Source: Psychrobacter sp. | GTDB lineage: Bacteria > Pseudomonadota > Gammaproteobacteria > Pseudomonadales > Moraxellaceae | Direction of reading: 5' to 3' | Assembly (NCBI RefSeq): GCF_041554015.1 | Contig: NZ_JBFFMS010000002.1 | Coordinates: 28,440-92,439, forward strand | Length of the DNA: 64,000 nucleotides | Shown here: positions 19,387 to 28,989 of the stretch, piece after piece | Numbering within the stretch: position 1 is the first letter of the stretch | How the letters are laid out: each line of letters begins with the position of its first letter | Translations under genes and position numbers: made by a program | The notes under the pieces: model-generated | What the model was told of the DNA's origin: nothing | Databases searched by the model: none | Seen by the model: the letters and a program-made list of their open reading frames with translations, nothing else

Positions 19387-19719
19387 ATGATCGCTATGAA
19401 ACACTCGCCTGAATTTAATGACATTATCATGAGCTTAGATGAGCTGATATCTGCCTGTGGTCAAGAGCGCCAGTGGGTGATTGAGCTGATTGAAGAAAAC
19501 ATCATCGAATATGATGTACCAGAGCGCGAACAGTTTACCGGCTATCAGCTGACCACTGTGCGCCGGGCGTCACGTTTGAGCCGCGACTTTGAAGCTAGCG
19601 TACCTGCTATTGGTTTGATACTTGAATTGTTGGATGAAATCGAGCAACTGCGCCAAATAAAACGCCAGTTTGATATGCAAGCGCCCGTTATTGAAGTCAC
19701 GATTGATCCTTCAAAATAG
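19387..19719 (+). CDS. cbpM: Chaperone modulator CbpM (MerR-like)
   Basis: Follows cbpA; RRASRLSRDFEASVPAIGLILELLDEIEQLR fits the CbpM pattern. Confidence 0.88.
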   Translation: MIAMKHSPEFNDIIMSLDELISACGQERQWVIELIEENIIEYDVPEREQFTGYQLTTVRRASRLSRDFEASVPAIGLILELLDEIEQLRQIKRQFDMQAPVIEVTIDPSK

Positions 19720-19748
19720 TTCAATAAAATCTAAGCAGTCGACATAAA

Positions 19749-19777
19749 AAAGAGCCCAATCAGTAATTGGGCTCTTT
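19749..19777. terminator. Terminator between convergent cbpM and sstT
   Basis: AAAGAGCCCAAT cagta ATTGGGCTCTTT. Confidence 0.8.
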
Positions 19778-19806
19778 AGCAGTTAACCATACGATGTTAT
19801 CGCCAA

Positions 19807-21009
19807 TTAACGGGCGTATTTGGGATCCGCAGCCGCGGTAAATAGGACGTCTGTTGATGAGTTTAGCGCCGTTTCTGCCGAGTCTTGTATCACACCGATA
19901 ATAAAACCTATGGCAACCACTTGCATCGCAATGTCATTTGGAATACTAAACAGGCTAGCTGCTAATGGAATGAGTAGCAATGAACCACCAGCAACACCAG
20001 AGGCACCGCAAGCACTAATCGTTGCAACCAAGCTTAATAGTAGCGCTGAGGCAAAGGTAACTTCAATGCCCAGAGTATGCGCCGCTGCAAGCGTTAGGAC
20101 GTTAATGGTGATTGCAGCACCTGCCATATTGATGGTAGCACCCAGTGGAATGGTCACTGAATAGGTGTCTTCATGGAGACCCAGTTTACGGGCAAGGTTC
20201 ATGTTAACGGGGATGTTTGCCGCTGATGAGCGGGTAAAGAAGGCAGTGATACCAGACTCACGTAAGCAGATAAACACAAGCGGATACGGGTTCTTTCCTG
20301 TCTTCACTAAAATAATAAGCGGATTAACCACCAGCGCGATAAAGAGCATACAACCGACCAGTACCATCAAGATGCGGGCATAGCCAGCTAAGGCTTCAAA
20401 GCCTGTTTCAGCGATGGTATTGGCAACCAAACCCAAGATACCGAAAGGCGCTAAGGCAATAACCCATTTTACCACTTGTGAGATGGCATCGGAAAAATCA
20501 CTGACCACGGTACGCGCCGTATCGCTGGCTTGACGTAGAGCAAAACCAATGATGATTGCCCATGCCAAAATACCAATATAGTTGGCGTCAGCGATAGCTT
20601 GTACAGGGTTAGCAACCAAGTTCATCAATAAATTGGTCAGCACTTCTTGTAAATTTGCTGGTGGTACTTGCTCAATGACCGCATTGACTAAGACCAGCTC
20701 GGTTGGAAATAAAAAGCTTGCGCCCACAGCCGTCAGCGCGGCTAAAAAGGTGCCAAACATATACATGATCAGCACAGGCTTGACATAGACCTCGTTGCCG
20801 CTACGATGTTGACTAATCGCTGCCATGACCAAAACAAATACCAGTATCGGTGCAACGGCTTTTAGTGCCCCCACAAATAAAGTACCGAGTAACCCTAGCG
20901 CAATACCAACGTTTGGTGCCAACCAACCTATTAATACCCCTAATACTAAACCGATAATAATAAGTGGTACCAGTCCTATACGCTGGTACATCGCAATCAA
21001 TGAACGCAT
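19807..21009 (-). CDS. sstT: Serine/threonine:Na+ symporter
   Basis: [69 protein letters not shown]; SD GAGG before ATG 21009. Confidence 0.93.
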   Translation of the reverse strand: MRSLIAMYQRIGLVPLIIIGLVLGVLIGWLAPNVGIALGLLGTLFVGALKAVAPILVFVLVMAAISQHRSGNEVYVKPVLIMYMFGTFLAALTAVGASFLFPTELVLVNAVIEQVPPANLQEVLTNLLMNLVANPVQAIADANYIGILAWAIIIGFALRQASDTARTVVSDFSDAISQVVKWVIALAPFGILGLVANTIAETGFEALAGYARILMVLVGCMLFIALVVNPLIILVKTGKNPYPLVFICLRESGITAFFTRSSAANIPVNMNLARKLGLHEDTYSVTIPLGATINMAGAAITINVLTLAAAHTLGIEVTFASALLLSLVATISACGASGVAGGSLLLIPLAASLFSIPNDIAMQVVAIGFIIGVIQDSAETALNSSTDVLFTAAADPKYAR

Positions 21010-21204
21010 GTATACACCCTCAACTTTGTCAATAAATAAGCTATTTATAGCGAAAACAGAAAAATAATCGGAGGATGGTAGCATTTTTTTAGGATAAGCG
21101 CCTACCTTTCACCCGCATCGGTTCGAGATGTTTGGGCAAGAGAAAAGGCGTTATATGTGAAAAACAGAATGATTGTATCGTAACAGACAAGCAGGAGAGG
21201 TGGC

Positions 21205-21660
21205 TTAGACGTTAAAATGAGTCAGCTCATAGCCAAGCTTTTGATAGCTTTTATATTTATGACGACCTTCTCGCACACTGCTGACGTCCGGTTTTATCAG
21301 CTCAAGGACGCGAGTCGGTTGCGCGTTAAGAGTGGCTGCCATAAAAGTATTGACCGGACGGATAGTGGTATTAAGCACCATGCCTTTAAAATTGGCAGGC
21401 ATATAACTGCTAAGAAGCACAGGTGCGAGTACTTTATGCTGGATATCAGTATTAGCGTCCGATAAACATTGATGGGGGATAAAGCTGGTAGGCTCTTGCT
21501 CCCATAATGCTGTATCGAGCGTCGTTAACAGCTCATTATCGTCGATAAGAATCAACAATGACTGCTTGCTTTTATTAAGGGCAGTTTGGGTCAGCTGACA
21601 AACAAAGCCCAAGATATCTTGGGCTTTATTCTCACTTAACACATAAAAACTAATTTTCAT
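21205..21660 (-). CDS. holC: DNA polymerase III chi subunit
   Basis: FYVL start, LDTALWEQEPTSFIPH, GRHKYKSYQKLG; downstream of pepA as is typical. Confidence 0.88.
   Translation of the reverse strand: MKISFYVLSENKAQDILGFVCQLTQTALNKSKQSLLILIDDNELLTTLDTALWEQEPTSFIPHQCLSDANTDIQHKVLAPVLLSSYMPANFKGMVLNTTIRPVNTFMAATLNAQPTRVLELIKPDVSSVREGRHKYKSYQKLGYELTHFNV
21604..21627. repeat. Perfect 24-bp palindrome within holC
   Basis: AAAGCCCAAGATATCTTGGGCTTT is its own reverse complement. Confidence 0.9.
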
Positions 21661-21696
21661 AAACTCATTTTCATAGATTGGTCTTTCATCAATGGA

Positions 21697-23370
21697 TTAT
21701 GCCATATTTGCACTGTTTTTTAAGTATTGCATAAATAATGGCACGGGACGACCCGTTGCAGCTTTATCTTGACCTGAAATCCATGCTGTACCAGCGATGT
21801 CTAAATGCGCCCATGCTTGACCTTCTTCTATAAAGCGCGACAAGAAACAGGCGGCAGTCACAGCGCCAGCGCCTTTACCACCAATATTTTGAATATCAGC
21901 GATAGGTGAGTCGATCTGCGTTTGATACTCGTCATCCATTGGCATATGCCAGATAAGATCACCTGATAAATGACTGGCGTTTTCTAATTCAAATAACACG
22001 TCTTCGTCATTACTAAAGACCGCTGAACGCACGTGACCCAATGCAACCACACAAGCACCGGTCAAGGTTGCAACATCGATGATGGCTTTTGGCTGATAAT
22101 ACTTTTGTACGTAGCATAAGGTATCGCACAAGACTAAACGACCCTCAGCGTCGGTATTTAGGATTTCAACCGACTTACCGTTCATGGCTCTGATGATATC
22201 ACCAGGACGCGTCGCCTCACCTGATGGCATATTTTCAGCACAAGCCAGCGCACCAACAACATTGATCGGCAGGCGCGCCTCACATAATGCTTTTAGGGTA
22301 CCAAGGACCGCAGCGGAGCCGCCCATATCAAATTTCATCTCATCCATCGCCGCACCCGGCTTGATTGAAATACCACCTGAATCAAAGGTGACGCCTTTTC
22401 CGACCAGTACGATAGGTGCATCATTGTTTGTACTTTGGGCATTGTCTTCGTTATTTGGGTCAGAATTTTTAGCAGCTTTTTTACTAGCAGCTTTAGTTGG
22501 CAGTTTATCAGCCAATGCTTTTAGACCGCCAGCTACTTTTGCGCTGTTGGTAGTAGCTTTGCTTGTATCTGCCAACACATTAAAATTAGACTGACCACGG
22601 TATTCCATGAGCACCAGCTTACCTTCTTTAGTAGAACCTTGTGCCACCGATAAAAAGCAGTTCATACCCAATGCTGACATCTCTTTTTCACCCAATACGG
22701 TGACTTTTAATAGGTCAGGATAGGTGGCTGCCAATTGCTGTGCTTGCTCGGCCATATACGCTGGGAAACAGATATTACCCGGTTCATTGGCGACGTCACG
22801 GGTCAAGCTTTGACCGCTAAAGACGGCTTGTGCAAAGTCTAACGAACCTGCTAAAGCTGGCTCTGCCAGTAAGTAGATATCGGTTAAAACGGGCGTTTGC
22901 TGCTCAGATTTGTATTTATCAAAACGATAGCTTGCTGCCAGTAGACTTAAGGCAAATTGACCAAACTGAGGCTCTTCTAAGCTATCCCCTAATGCCACAG
23001 TAATAGAGTCGACACGTTTTTGAGTGCTCTTATAAATGGTATTGGCAATTTTTTCTAGGACACTAGGGCGCAATTTATCAAGATTGCCCACACCGACTAA
23101 TAATAGCTGTACGGGATTTTCTTTGGTGGTTTTTTTATCACCAGCCAATGCATAGTCAGCGACGGTTTCGCATGCTTTACCGTTAAAGTGAGAGACCTCA
23201 ATCAATTGCTCGATACGGGTTTGATAATCGTTCAATACCGACTCAGCTAAGATGTTTTTCTTATCGTCGACTAAAACGACAAGACAGGCTGCGTCTTTAC
23301 TTTTGGCTTCTTTTTTGAGGATTTTTTGTGTATGGGTCTTTGGTAAGCGCTGCGTTAATTGAATATTCAT
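21697..23370 (-). CDS. pepA: Cytosol leucyl aminopeptidase (M17)
   Basis: LVGKGVTFDSGG, MKFDMGG, NTDAEGRL, DVATLTGA, WAHLDIAG. Confidence 0.95.
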   Translation of the reverse strand: MNIQLTQRLPKTHTQKILKKEAKSKDAACLVVLVDDKKNILAESVLNDYQTRIEQLIEVSHFNGKACETVADYALAGDKKTTKENPVQLLLVGVGNLDKLRPSVLEKIANTIYKSTQKRVDSITVALGDSLEEPQFGQFALSLLAASYRFDKYKSEQQTPVLTDIYLLAEPALAGSLDFAQAVFSGQSLTRDVANEPGNICFPAYMAEQAQQLAATYPDLLKVTVLGEKEMSALGMNCFLSVAQGSTKEGKLVLMEYRGQSNFNVLADTSKATTNSAKVAGGLKALADKLPTKAASKKAAKNSDPNNEDNAQSTNNDAPIVLVGKGVTFDSGGISIKPGAAMDEMKFDMGGSAAVLGTLKALCEARLPINVVGALACAENMPSGEATRPGDIIRAMNGKSVEILNTDAEGRLVLCDTLCYVQKYYQPKAIIDVATLTGACVVALGHVRSAVFSNDEDVLFELENASHLSGDLIWHMPMDDEYQTQIDSPIADIQNIGGKGAGAVTAACFLSRFIEEGQAWAHLDIAGTAWISGQDKAATGRPVPLFMQYLKNSANMA

Positions 23371-23749
23371 ATAATTATCCTTATTAGAATGATGACAATA
23401 CAGGGTCTGTCAAAACAGTTTATCCTGCTAAATCAGTGAGCTTATCGTGTTATTAGAGCTGTGGCAGTAGTGTAGCATATCGTTTGACACCTGAGCAGTG
23501 AGCAAGGTATAGGTAATGTTTTCAAACACATTTCACCGTCATTTTTTACCAAAATATGCTAGCATTATCGGTTATAGTAAACACGGCTTGTTGCCTAAGC
23601 GCGCTCGGTCTTTATTACGTTTTATATAGGATTGACAGGGGGATTTATGTCAGTCTTTTTATCTTGATTTTGTCTTTATACAGTCAACTTTTACTGACTC
23701 AAATTCTTTATAAGAATGCGATAACTCGCATCCATGCTAACCGCTAAGA

Positions 23750-25066
23750 GTGCCTATTGTGATATTACGCCGCTATATGACCCAACAAGTTGCCTCAACG
23801 ACCGCATTGGTCTTGGGGTTTTTAGTGGTGATGATGCTCGGCGGTCGCTTGATCCGCTATTTTGGTATCGCAGCTGAAGGCAACTTGGACATCGGACTGC
23901 TGTTTACCATCATTGGCTATAACTTGCCTTATTTCTTAGAGCTTATTCTGCCATTGGCATTTTTTATCGCTCTTATGCTGGTGTTTGGTCGCCTATATGT
24001 TGACCAAGAAATGGCGGTCATTAATGCCAGTGGTGTGTCGCGAGGTCGGCTTGGGCGCTTGATGACGCCATTAATTTTGGCATTGTTCGTTGGAGAGGCG
24101 GCGTTATCTATCGTCGGTAAACCATGGGGGGTGCGTTCGTCCGAAAGTGTTTGGCAGCAGCAAGCATTGACCAGCGCCTTTGATTTGATTCGCCCCAATC
24201 AGTTTATCAGCAGTGGCAATTATCATCTGTATGTGGGCAGTTTGAGTGATGATAAACGACAATTGCAAGATGTGATACTGATCCAAAGTGAGCCTGAAAA
24301 AAAGGGCGGCGTAGCGAGCAATAATACTGCTAACAGTAGTGCTATGAATGTTGAAAATAACATCGATGCTAAAACTGCTGAGCAGCTTAATATTCCAGAA
24401 TTGCCCGTAGCCTTGGCCAATAACACCGATATTAGTAAAGACACCATCACGCTTGCCAAACGTGCTGAACAAGTAGATACCGGCAATAGCGGCGTCACGC
24501 AATTGGATTTATTCCAAGGTCGCCGTTATGAAGTCGGGGCTGGCAGCTTAAAATACAATCAAGTGGGTTTTGATCGTTACCGTATTACGTTGACCGAATC
24601 CTCTAAAGAGGTCATTACTGAAGACAATATCGAGACGCAAGCGATTGGACCATTGTGGCAAGCGGCGACTGGCAATACGCAAGTGGGCAGCAATAACGCC
24701 ATGCGTGCGGCGCAGGGCGAGCTTGGTTATCGTTTAGCGCTACCTTGGCTGATGATTATCGCGCCGATGCTCGCCGTACCACTGGCGCAAGTACGTCCGC
24801 GTCAAGGTCGCTGGCTGCGTCTGTTTCCTTCTATTTTATTGTTTGTCAGCTGCGCGCTCGGTATCATCTCACTCAAAAATGCGGTTGCTAAAGGCAGCGT
24901 TAGTGTCTGGGCATACGCATGGCTGATTTTAGGGTTTATGGCATTGGCACTGTATATGAATTGGGGCAGCCGCGTGCAGCATCGATTGCGTTTTCGCAAG
25001 CCAGAGCAGGAGTCCTTAACGGCTGCTGACCGTCAAAACAGCGGCTCACAAGGAGGGCAGTTCTAA
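23750..25066 (+). CDS. lptF: LPS export permease LptF
   Basis: ILRRYM, LILPLAFF, DQEMAVINASG, PRQGR; paired with lptG and divergent from pepA. Confidence 0.92.
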   Translation: MPIVILRRYMTQQVASTTALVLGFLVVMMLGGRLIRYFGIAAEGNLDIGLLFTIIGYNLPYFLELILPLAFFIALMLVFGRLYVDQEMAVINASGVSRGRLGRLMTPLILALFVGEAALSIVGKPWGVRSSESVWQQQALTSAFDLIRPNQFISSGNYHLYVGSLSDDKRQLQDVILIQSEPEKKGGVASNNTANSSAMNVENNIDAKTAEQLNIPELPVALANNTDISKDTITLAKRAEQVDTGNSGVTQLDLFQGRRYEVGAGSLKYNQVGFDRYRITLTESSKEVITEDNIETQAIGPLWQAATGNTQVGSNNAMRAAQGELGYRLALPWLMIIAPMLAVPLAQVRPRQGRWLRLFPSILLFVSCALGIISLKNAVAKGSVSVWAYAWLILGFMALALYMNWGSRVQHRLRFRKPEQESLTAADRQNSGSQGGQF

Positions 25067-26274
25067 TGCGCTCTTTATTTAAAAAATCTCCAGCGAGCGA
25101 TAATTTGGCTGCAAAACCGACTAACCTTAAAGTACTCAGTCGCTACGTTAAGATAAATGCGTTATTAGCGATTATCGCCGCCGTCATAGGATTGTGGGCA
25201 TTACAGCTGATATTCTCTTATTTATCCGAGCTTGATTCGCTAGATGATAGTTATACGATGGGGGAGGCAATCCGATATATCTTTTATCGCTCACCCTATT
25301 TCTTAGAGCAATTTGTTCCGACGGGTGCCTTATTGGGTGCGGTCGTCGGTTTAGGATTACTGGCCAATAATAGCGAGCTGGTCGTCATGCGCGCATCCGG
25401 TATCAGTGTTTATCGAATCGTCAGCTGGGTATTGCAGCCCGCCATGATTTTTGTAGTATTGGCACTATTCATTAATCAGTTTGTATTGCCGCATTCCAAT
25501 CAATTGGCAAATGAGATTAATAGTGAGGATAACAGCTCATTGGTGACCTCGGTACGCGGCTATTGGACAGTGCAGCCGCGCTTTGATGTGACAACAGACG
25601 GCAAGACAACCGCGGATGGCAGTGATATCTTGTATATCGATTATGCTGACGTCAAAGGTAATATCGGTCAGGTAAAGCGTTGGCACTTGGACAATAAAGG
25701 TAATCTGCAAACGGCGATTCATGCTGAGGGCGGTAAATACATCGGGCGTGAGGCGCTTGCGACCGCCAGTAGCAAGCCAAGTGAGCAATATCGCTATGAG
25801 TGGCAGCTGAACAATATGACCAAGCTTATGATTGGTCAGGGCTTTGAAAGTAGTCAGGCCATATCGCCGACAGACACTTTGAGTTTACCGTTTGCCCCTG
25901 AGTCTGTGTATCTGCTTACGCGTCAAGCTGAGGATTTATCGCTTACCCAGCTATATGAACACCGTTTATTTATGCGGCAACAAGGCACTCGCTCTTTGAG
26001 TCACGAGCTGGCATTTTGGCAAAAGCTATTATCACCCTTGTCTATCTTGTCATTAGTGATTGTCGCCTGCTCGTTTGTCTTTGGCTCATTGCGTACGCAC
26101 AGTCTCGGCTTACGTATCGTCGTGGCATTATTGTTTGGGCTGCTATTTAGTTATGTGCAGGATTTGGTTGGTTTTGTCTCGCTGGCGACGGGCTTTTCGC
26201 CACTACTGATGGTGATATTACCAATCATTGCCAGTGCAGCTTTGGGTGGCTATTTACTGAAACGGCAAATGTAA
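25066..26274 (+). CDS. lptG: LPS export permease LptG
   Basis: LSRYV, LANNSELVVMRASG, FVFGSLR; 1-bp TAATG overlap with lptF. Confidence 0.92.
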   Translation: MRSLFKKSPASDNLAAKPTNLKVLSRYVKINALLAIIAAVIGLWALQLIFSYLSELDSLDDSYTMGEAIRYIFYRSPYFLEQFVPTGALLGAVVGLGLLANNSELVVMRASGISVYRIVSWVLQPAMIFVVLALFINQFVLPHSNQLANEINSEDNSSLVTSVRGYWTVQPRFDVTTDGKTTADGSDILYIDYADVKGNIGQVKRWHLDNKGNLQTAIHAEGGKYIGREALATASSKPSEQYRYEWQLNNMTKLMIGQGFESSQAISPTDTLSLPFAPESVYLLTRQAEDLSLTQLYEHRLFMRQQGTRSLSHELAFWQKLLSPLSILSLVIVACSFVFGSLRTHSLGLRIVVALLFGLLFSYVQDLVGFVSLATGFSPLLMVILPIIASAALGGYLLKRQM

Positions 26275-26293
26275 ATGACAATGTTTGGGCATA

Positions 26294-26332
26294 AAAAAGC
26301 ACGCTAAATCATCAAGGTTTAGCGTGCTTTTT
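26294..26332. terminator. Bidirectional intrinsic terminator
   Basis: AAAAAGCACGCTAAA ... TTTAGCGTGCTTTTT. Confidence 0.85.
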
Positions 26333-26351
26333 ATTTATCTGATTCTAGGCA

Positions 26352-26960
26352 TTAATCTTTGGTCGCCATAGTAATGGTATAGGTTTTACCTTGTTTTACT
26401 TTTTCGCTATTACCAAAGACTTCGGTAAATGAGCGTTTCATAAATTGACGTAAACCATTAATCGTCACCACGTAAAAGCGGCCACCTTGACGCATACGCG
26501 CATGAGCGTCAAGGAAATACAGGTAATGCTGCTCTTTGCCTACCTTAGCTGGCAAGTTCGACATCACAAGGCTAAAGTCTTTATCCTTTGCCACATGATT
26601 AAAACCATTTGATAAATGCACATCGACATTGTTTAGAGCGTTTTTCTCACAGTTACGGCGTGCATATTCTACTGCCATAAAGTCTTTATCAATCAAAGTA
26701 TGCTGACCATTAGGACATTCGCGCGCTGCTGCCATACCGAGTACGCCGTAGCCACAGCCTAAATCGATCGAGTCATCATCATTTTGGAAATCCACATAAT
26801 CGAGCAGCATCAAGCTACCGTCATCGAGCTTTTGCGGTGAAAAAATACCCCACGTGGTCGCAAAATCAAACGGCTTGCCAAGTATGTCCTCCGTAAAATG
26901 AATATCTTCGCGCCAGTATTTGGCTTTTTCTAACAGATCGCTAGGGGGTCTATGGCTCAT
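26352..26960 (-). CDS. Class I SAM methyltransferase, single MTS domain (RsmC-like)
   Basis: FATTWGIFSPQKLDDGS, DLGCGYG, SNLP. Confidence 0.8.
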   Translation of the reverse strand: MSHRPPSDLLEKAKYWREDIHFTEDILGKPFDFATTWGIFSPQKLDDGSLMLLDYVDFQNDDDSIDLGCGYGVLGMAAARECPNGQHTLIDKDFMAVEYARRNCEKNALNNVDVHLSNGFNHVAKDKDFSLVMSNLPAKVGKEQHYLYFLDAHARMRQGGRFYVVTINGLRQFMKRSFTEVFGNSEKVKQGKTYTITMATKD

Positions 26961-27310
26961 GGCATTCTCAGATTATGGATAAGTAAAGGTTAGTAGGCTA
27001 TCGGACAAAACAGCGCCTACATTATGATGAGTATTGTAACGAGAAAAGAGGCGGTTTGCAGCTATGTATTACGAGAAATTGTGCGTGAGATAGAAGAAGA
27101 ATGCGTTAAAAACAGCCGCTGTTCTATATTTGCTTGGTTAATTCATTTACGCATTTATATCGTAAACGCTATAGCTTACTTATCGAAGCTATGAAATACT
27201 AATAAAGTTAACCAAATGGTCAACTATTTATCATGATGCTTTTTTGATATGAATCAATATGGCTATGCTAGACGCTGAGCCAGCTCACTCAGTGTAAATC
27301 CACCAAGTTT

Positions 27311-27359
27311 TACCGAACAAGCTGTACCGAACGAACTGTACTTAACACGCTTTACTTAA
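27311..27359. repeat. Degenerate 14-bp tandem repeat x3.5
   Basis: TACCGAACAAGCTG / TACCGAACGAACTG / TACTTAACACGCTT / TACTTAA, ending at the SD of the next gene. Confidence 0.65.
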
Positions 27360-27378
27360 TTAGAAAGGATGCTTAAAT

Positions 27379-27822
27379 ATGAAGTCTAAAATCAAAACGA
27401 AAATAAACCCAGCACAAGAAACATTTATTCATATCGTGCACAGCCAGCGTATTAAGCCACTTAAGAAACAACCGGGGGTCAAATGTGTGGAAGCAGTAAA
27501 AACCATCGATAAAGCTTATCTGGCTGAGCTATCTGGTTGTGATGAATATGTGTCGATTGCTTTTTGTTATAAAAACTATAATGAAGAGACCAAGCCTCGG
27601 CTTAGCGAAAATGAGAGCTGTGCGGTGATTAGTGTGGCTAAAGCTAAAGAGCTATTGAATACCACAGAATTGGCAGAAGAAGCACTATCTGCTGTCAGTA
27701 TTATTCTATTTAGCGCTGTATCACAGACGTTTGGTGGCTTCTTAACAGATGGGGAAACCAGTAAGCGTTATGTGCTATCAAAAGGGACAGAGTATGCAGG
27801 CTTGTCCTCATTATCATTGTAA
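27379..27822 (+). CDS. Hypothetical protein (147 aa)
   Basis: SD AAGGA, ATG and a terminator downstream; no family recognised. Confidence 0.65.
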   Translation: MKSKIKTKINPAQETFIHIVHSQRIKPLKKQPGVKCVEAVKTIDKAYLAELSGCDEYVSIAFCYKNYNEETKPRLSENESCAVISVAKAKELLNTTELAEEALSAVSIILFSAVSQTFGGFLTDGETSKRYVLSKGTEYAGLSSLSL

Positions 27823-27852
27823 AAATATCACTAAGATGACGTCTCTATTAAG

Positions 27853-27890
27853 CAAAAAAACGGCAGTATTATTATATTGCCGTTTTTTTG
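27853..27890. terminator. Bidirectional intrinsic terminator
   Basis: CAAAAAAACGGCAGTAT tatt ATATTGCCGTTTTTTTG. Confidence 0.85.
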
Positions 27891-27940
27891 CTTGAATTGA
27901 TAAGTGTTATATTGGTAATCATATCTCGCCTACCAGTAAG

Positions 27941-28879
27941 CTAACCTCGTGGATGATGCTCGGCATGGAGCTTTTGCAATCTCGCCGTCGCCACATGGGT
28001 ATATATCTGCGTCGTCGATAAATCACTATGCCCTAATAACAACTGTACGCTTCGTAAATCGGCACCGTGATTGAGTAAATGGGTAGCAAAGGCATGGCGT
28101 AAGGTATGGGGTGACAGCTCTTTGTCAATACTGGCCACCTTGGCATATTTCTTGAGTAAATACCAAAAGTTCTGCCGGGTCATATAGCCGCCTTGAGCGG
28201 TTAAAAACACCGCTTGGCAATTCCCTGCTTTTAAATGCGCGATCAAATCACCACGCCCATGCGTCAAGTAATCTTCAAGCGCATCTGCTGCATATTCCCC
28301 TAAAGGTACTAAACGGGTTTTATTGCCTTTCCCTGTGATTTGTAGCCAGCCTGAGTTTAGATTTACTTGCTCAAGAGACAAGTTTACCAGTTCACTGACG
28401 CGCAAACCGCAAGCGTAGAGAACCTCTAACATGGCTTTATCACGTAAGCCAAGCGCCGTACCCGTATCAGGTGCCGCCAGTAAATTATCAATATCCGTCT
28501 CGCTCAAATCTTTTGGCAGTGGACGACCAAGTTTTGGGCTTTTAATGCGCTCACAAGGGTTGTCTTCACGCAGGTTACTGGCAATCATCCACAGATAAAA
28601 CTGCCGCAAACTTGAAAGCATGCGTGCTTGCGTACGTGGCGTTTTGCCATCTTGAGTAAGTATAGATAGGCAGTGCAGCACATCATCAGGCTGCCAACGC
28701 GTTAAGGCGGCGTGATTGGTTAATTCGCAGGCGCGCAAATCACGCACATAGGCGTTACGCGTCCGCGTTGCCAAACCGCGAGCGAGCATTGCTTGACGAA
28801 ATTCTGTCATATAAGCCGGTTCATTATCTACGGCCAGTGCTTTTGGTTGGCGCTGCTGTACGGCACGGTCGCGGCTCAT
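27941..28879 (-). CDS. xerD: Site-specific tyrosine recombinase XerD
   Basis: RTQARMLSSLRQFY, LYACGLRVSELV, GKGNKTRLVP, SPHTLRHAFATHLLNHGADLRSVQLLLGHSDLSTTQIYTHV. Confidence 0.93.
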   Translation of the reverse strand: MSRDRAVQQRQPKALAVDNEPAYMTEFRQAMLARGLATRTRNAYVRDLRACELTNHAALTRWQPDDVLHCLSILTQDGKTPRTQARMLSSLRQFYLWMIASNLREDNPCERIKSPKLGRPLPKDLSETDIDNLLAAPDTGTALGLRDKAMLEVLYACGLRVSELVNLSLEQVNLNSGWLQITGKGNKTRLVPLGEYAADALEDYLTHGRGDLIAHLKAGNCQAVFLTAQGGYMTRQNFWYLLKKYAKVASIDKELSPHTLRHAFATHLLNHGADLRSVQLLLGHSDLSTTQIYTHVATARLQKLHAEHHPRG

Positions 28880-28989
28880 AAGAATACTCGCTAAGGGTAT
28901 AAGAAAGTCCAAATTGATATAGACGATTTTTTATATAAAGCTGACCAATAAGGGATAAAATTTTGCCTGTGCAAAGGCACCTTTACCCT

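Noticed and set aside
27941-28879. Tyrosine recombinase as a sign of a prophage or island
   Set aside because: Motifs and housekeeping context are those of chromosomal XerD; no att sites or cargo.
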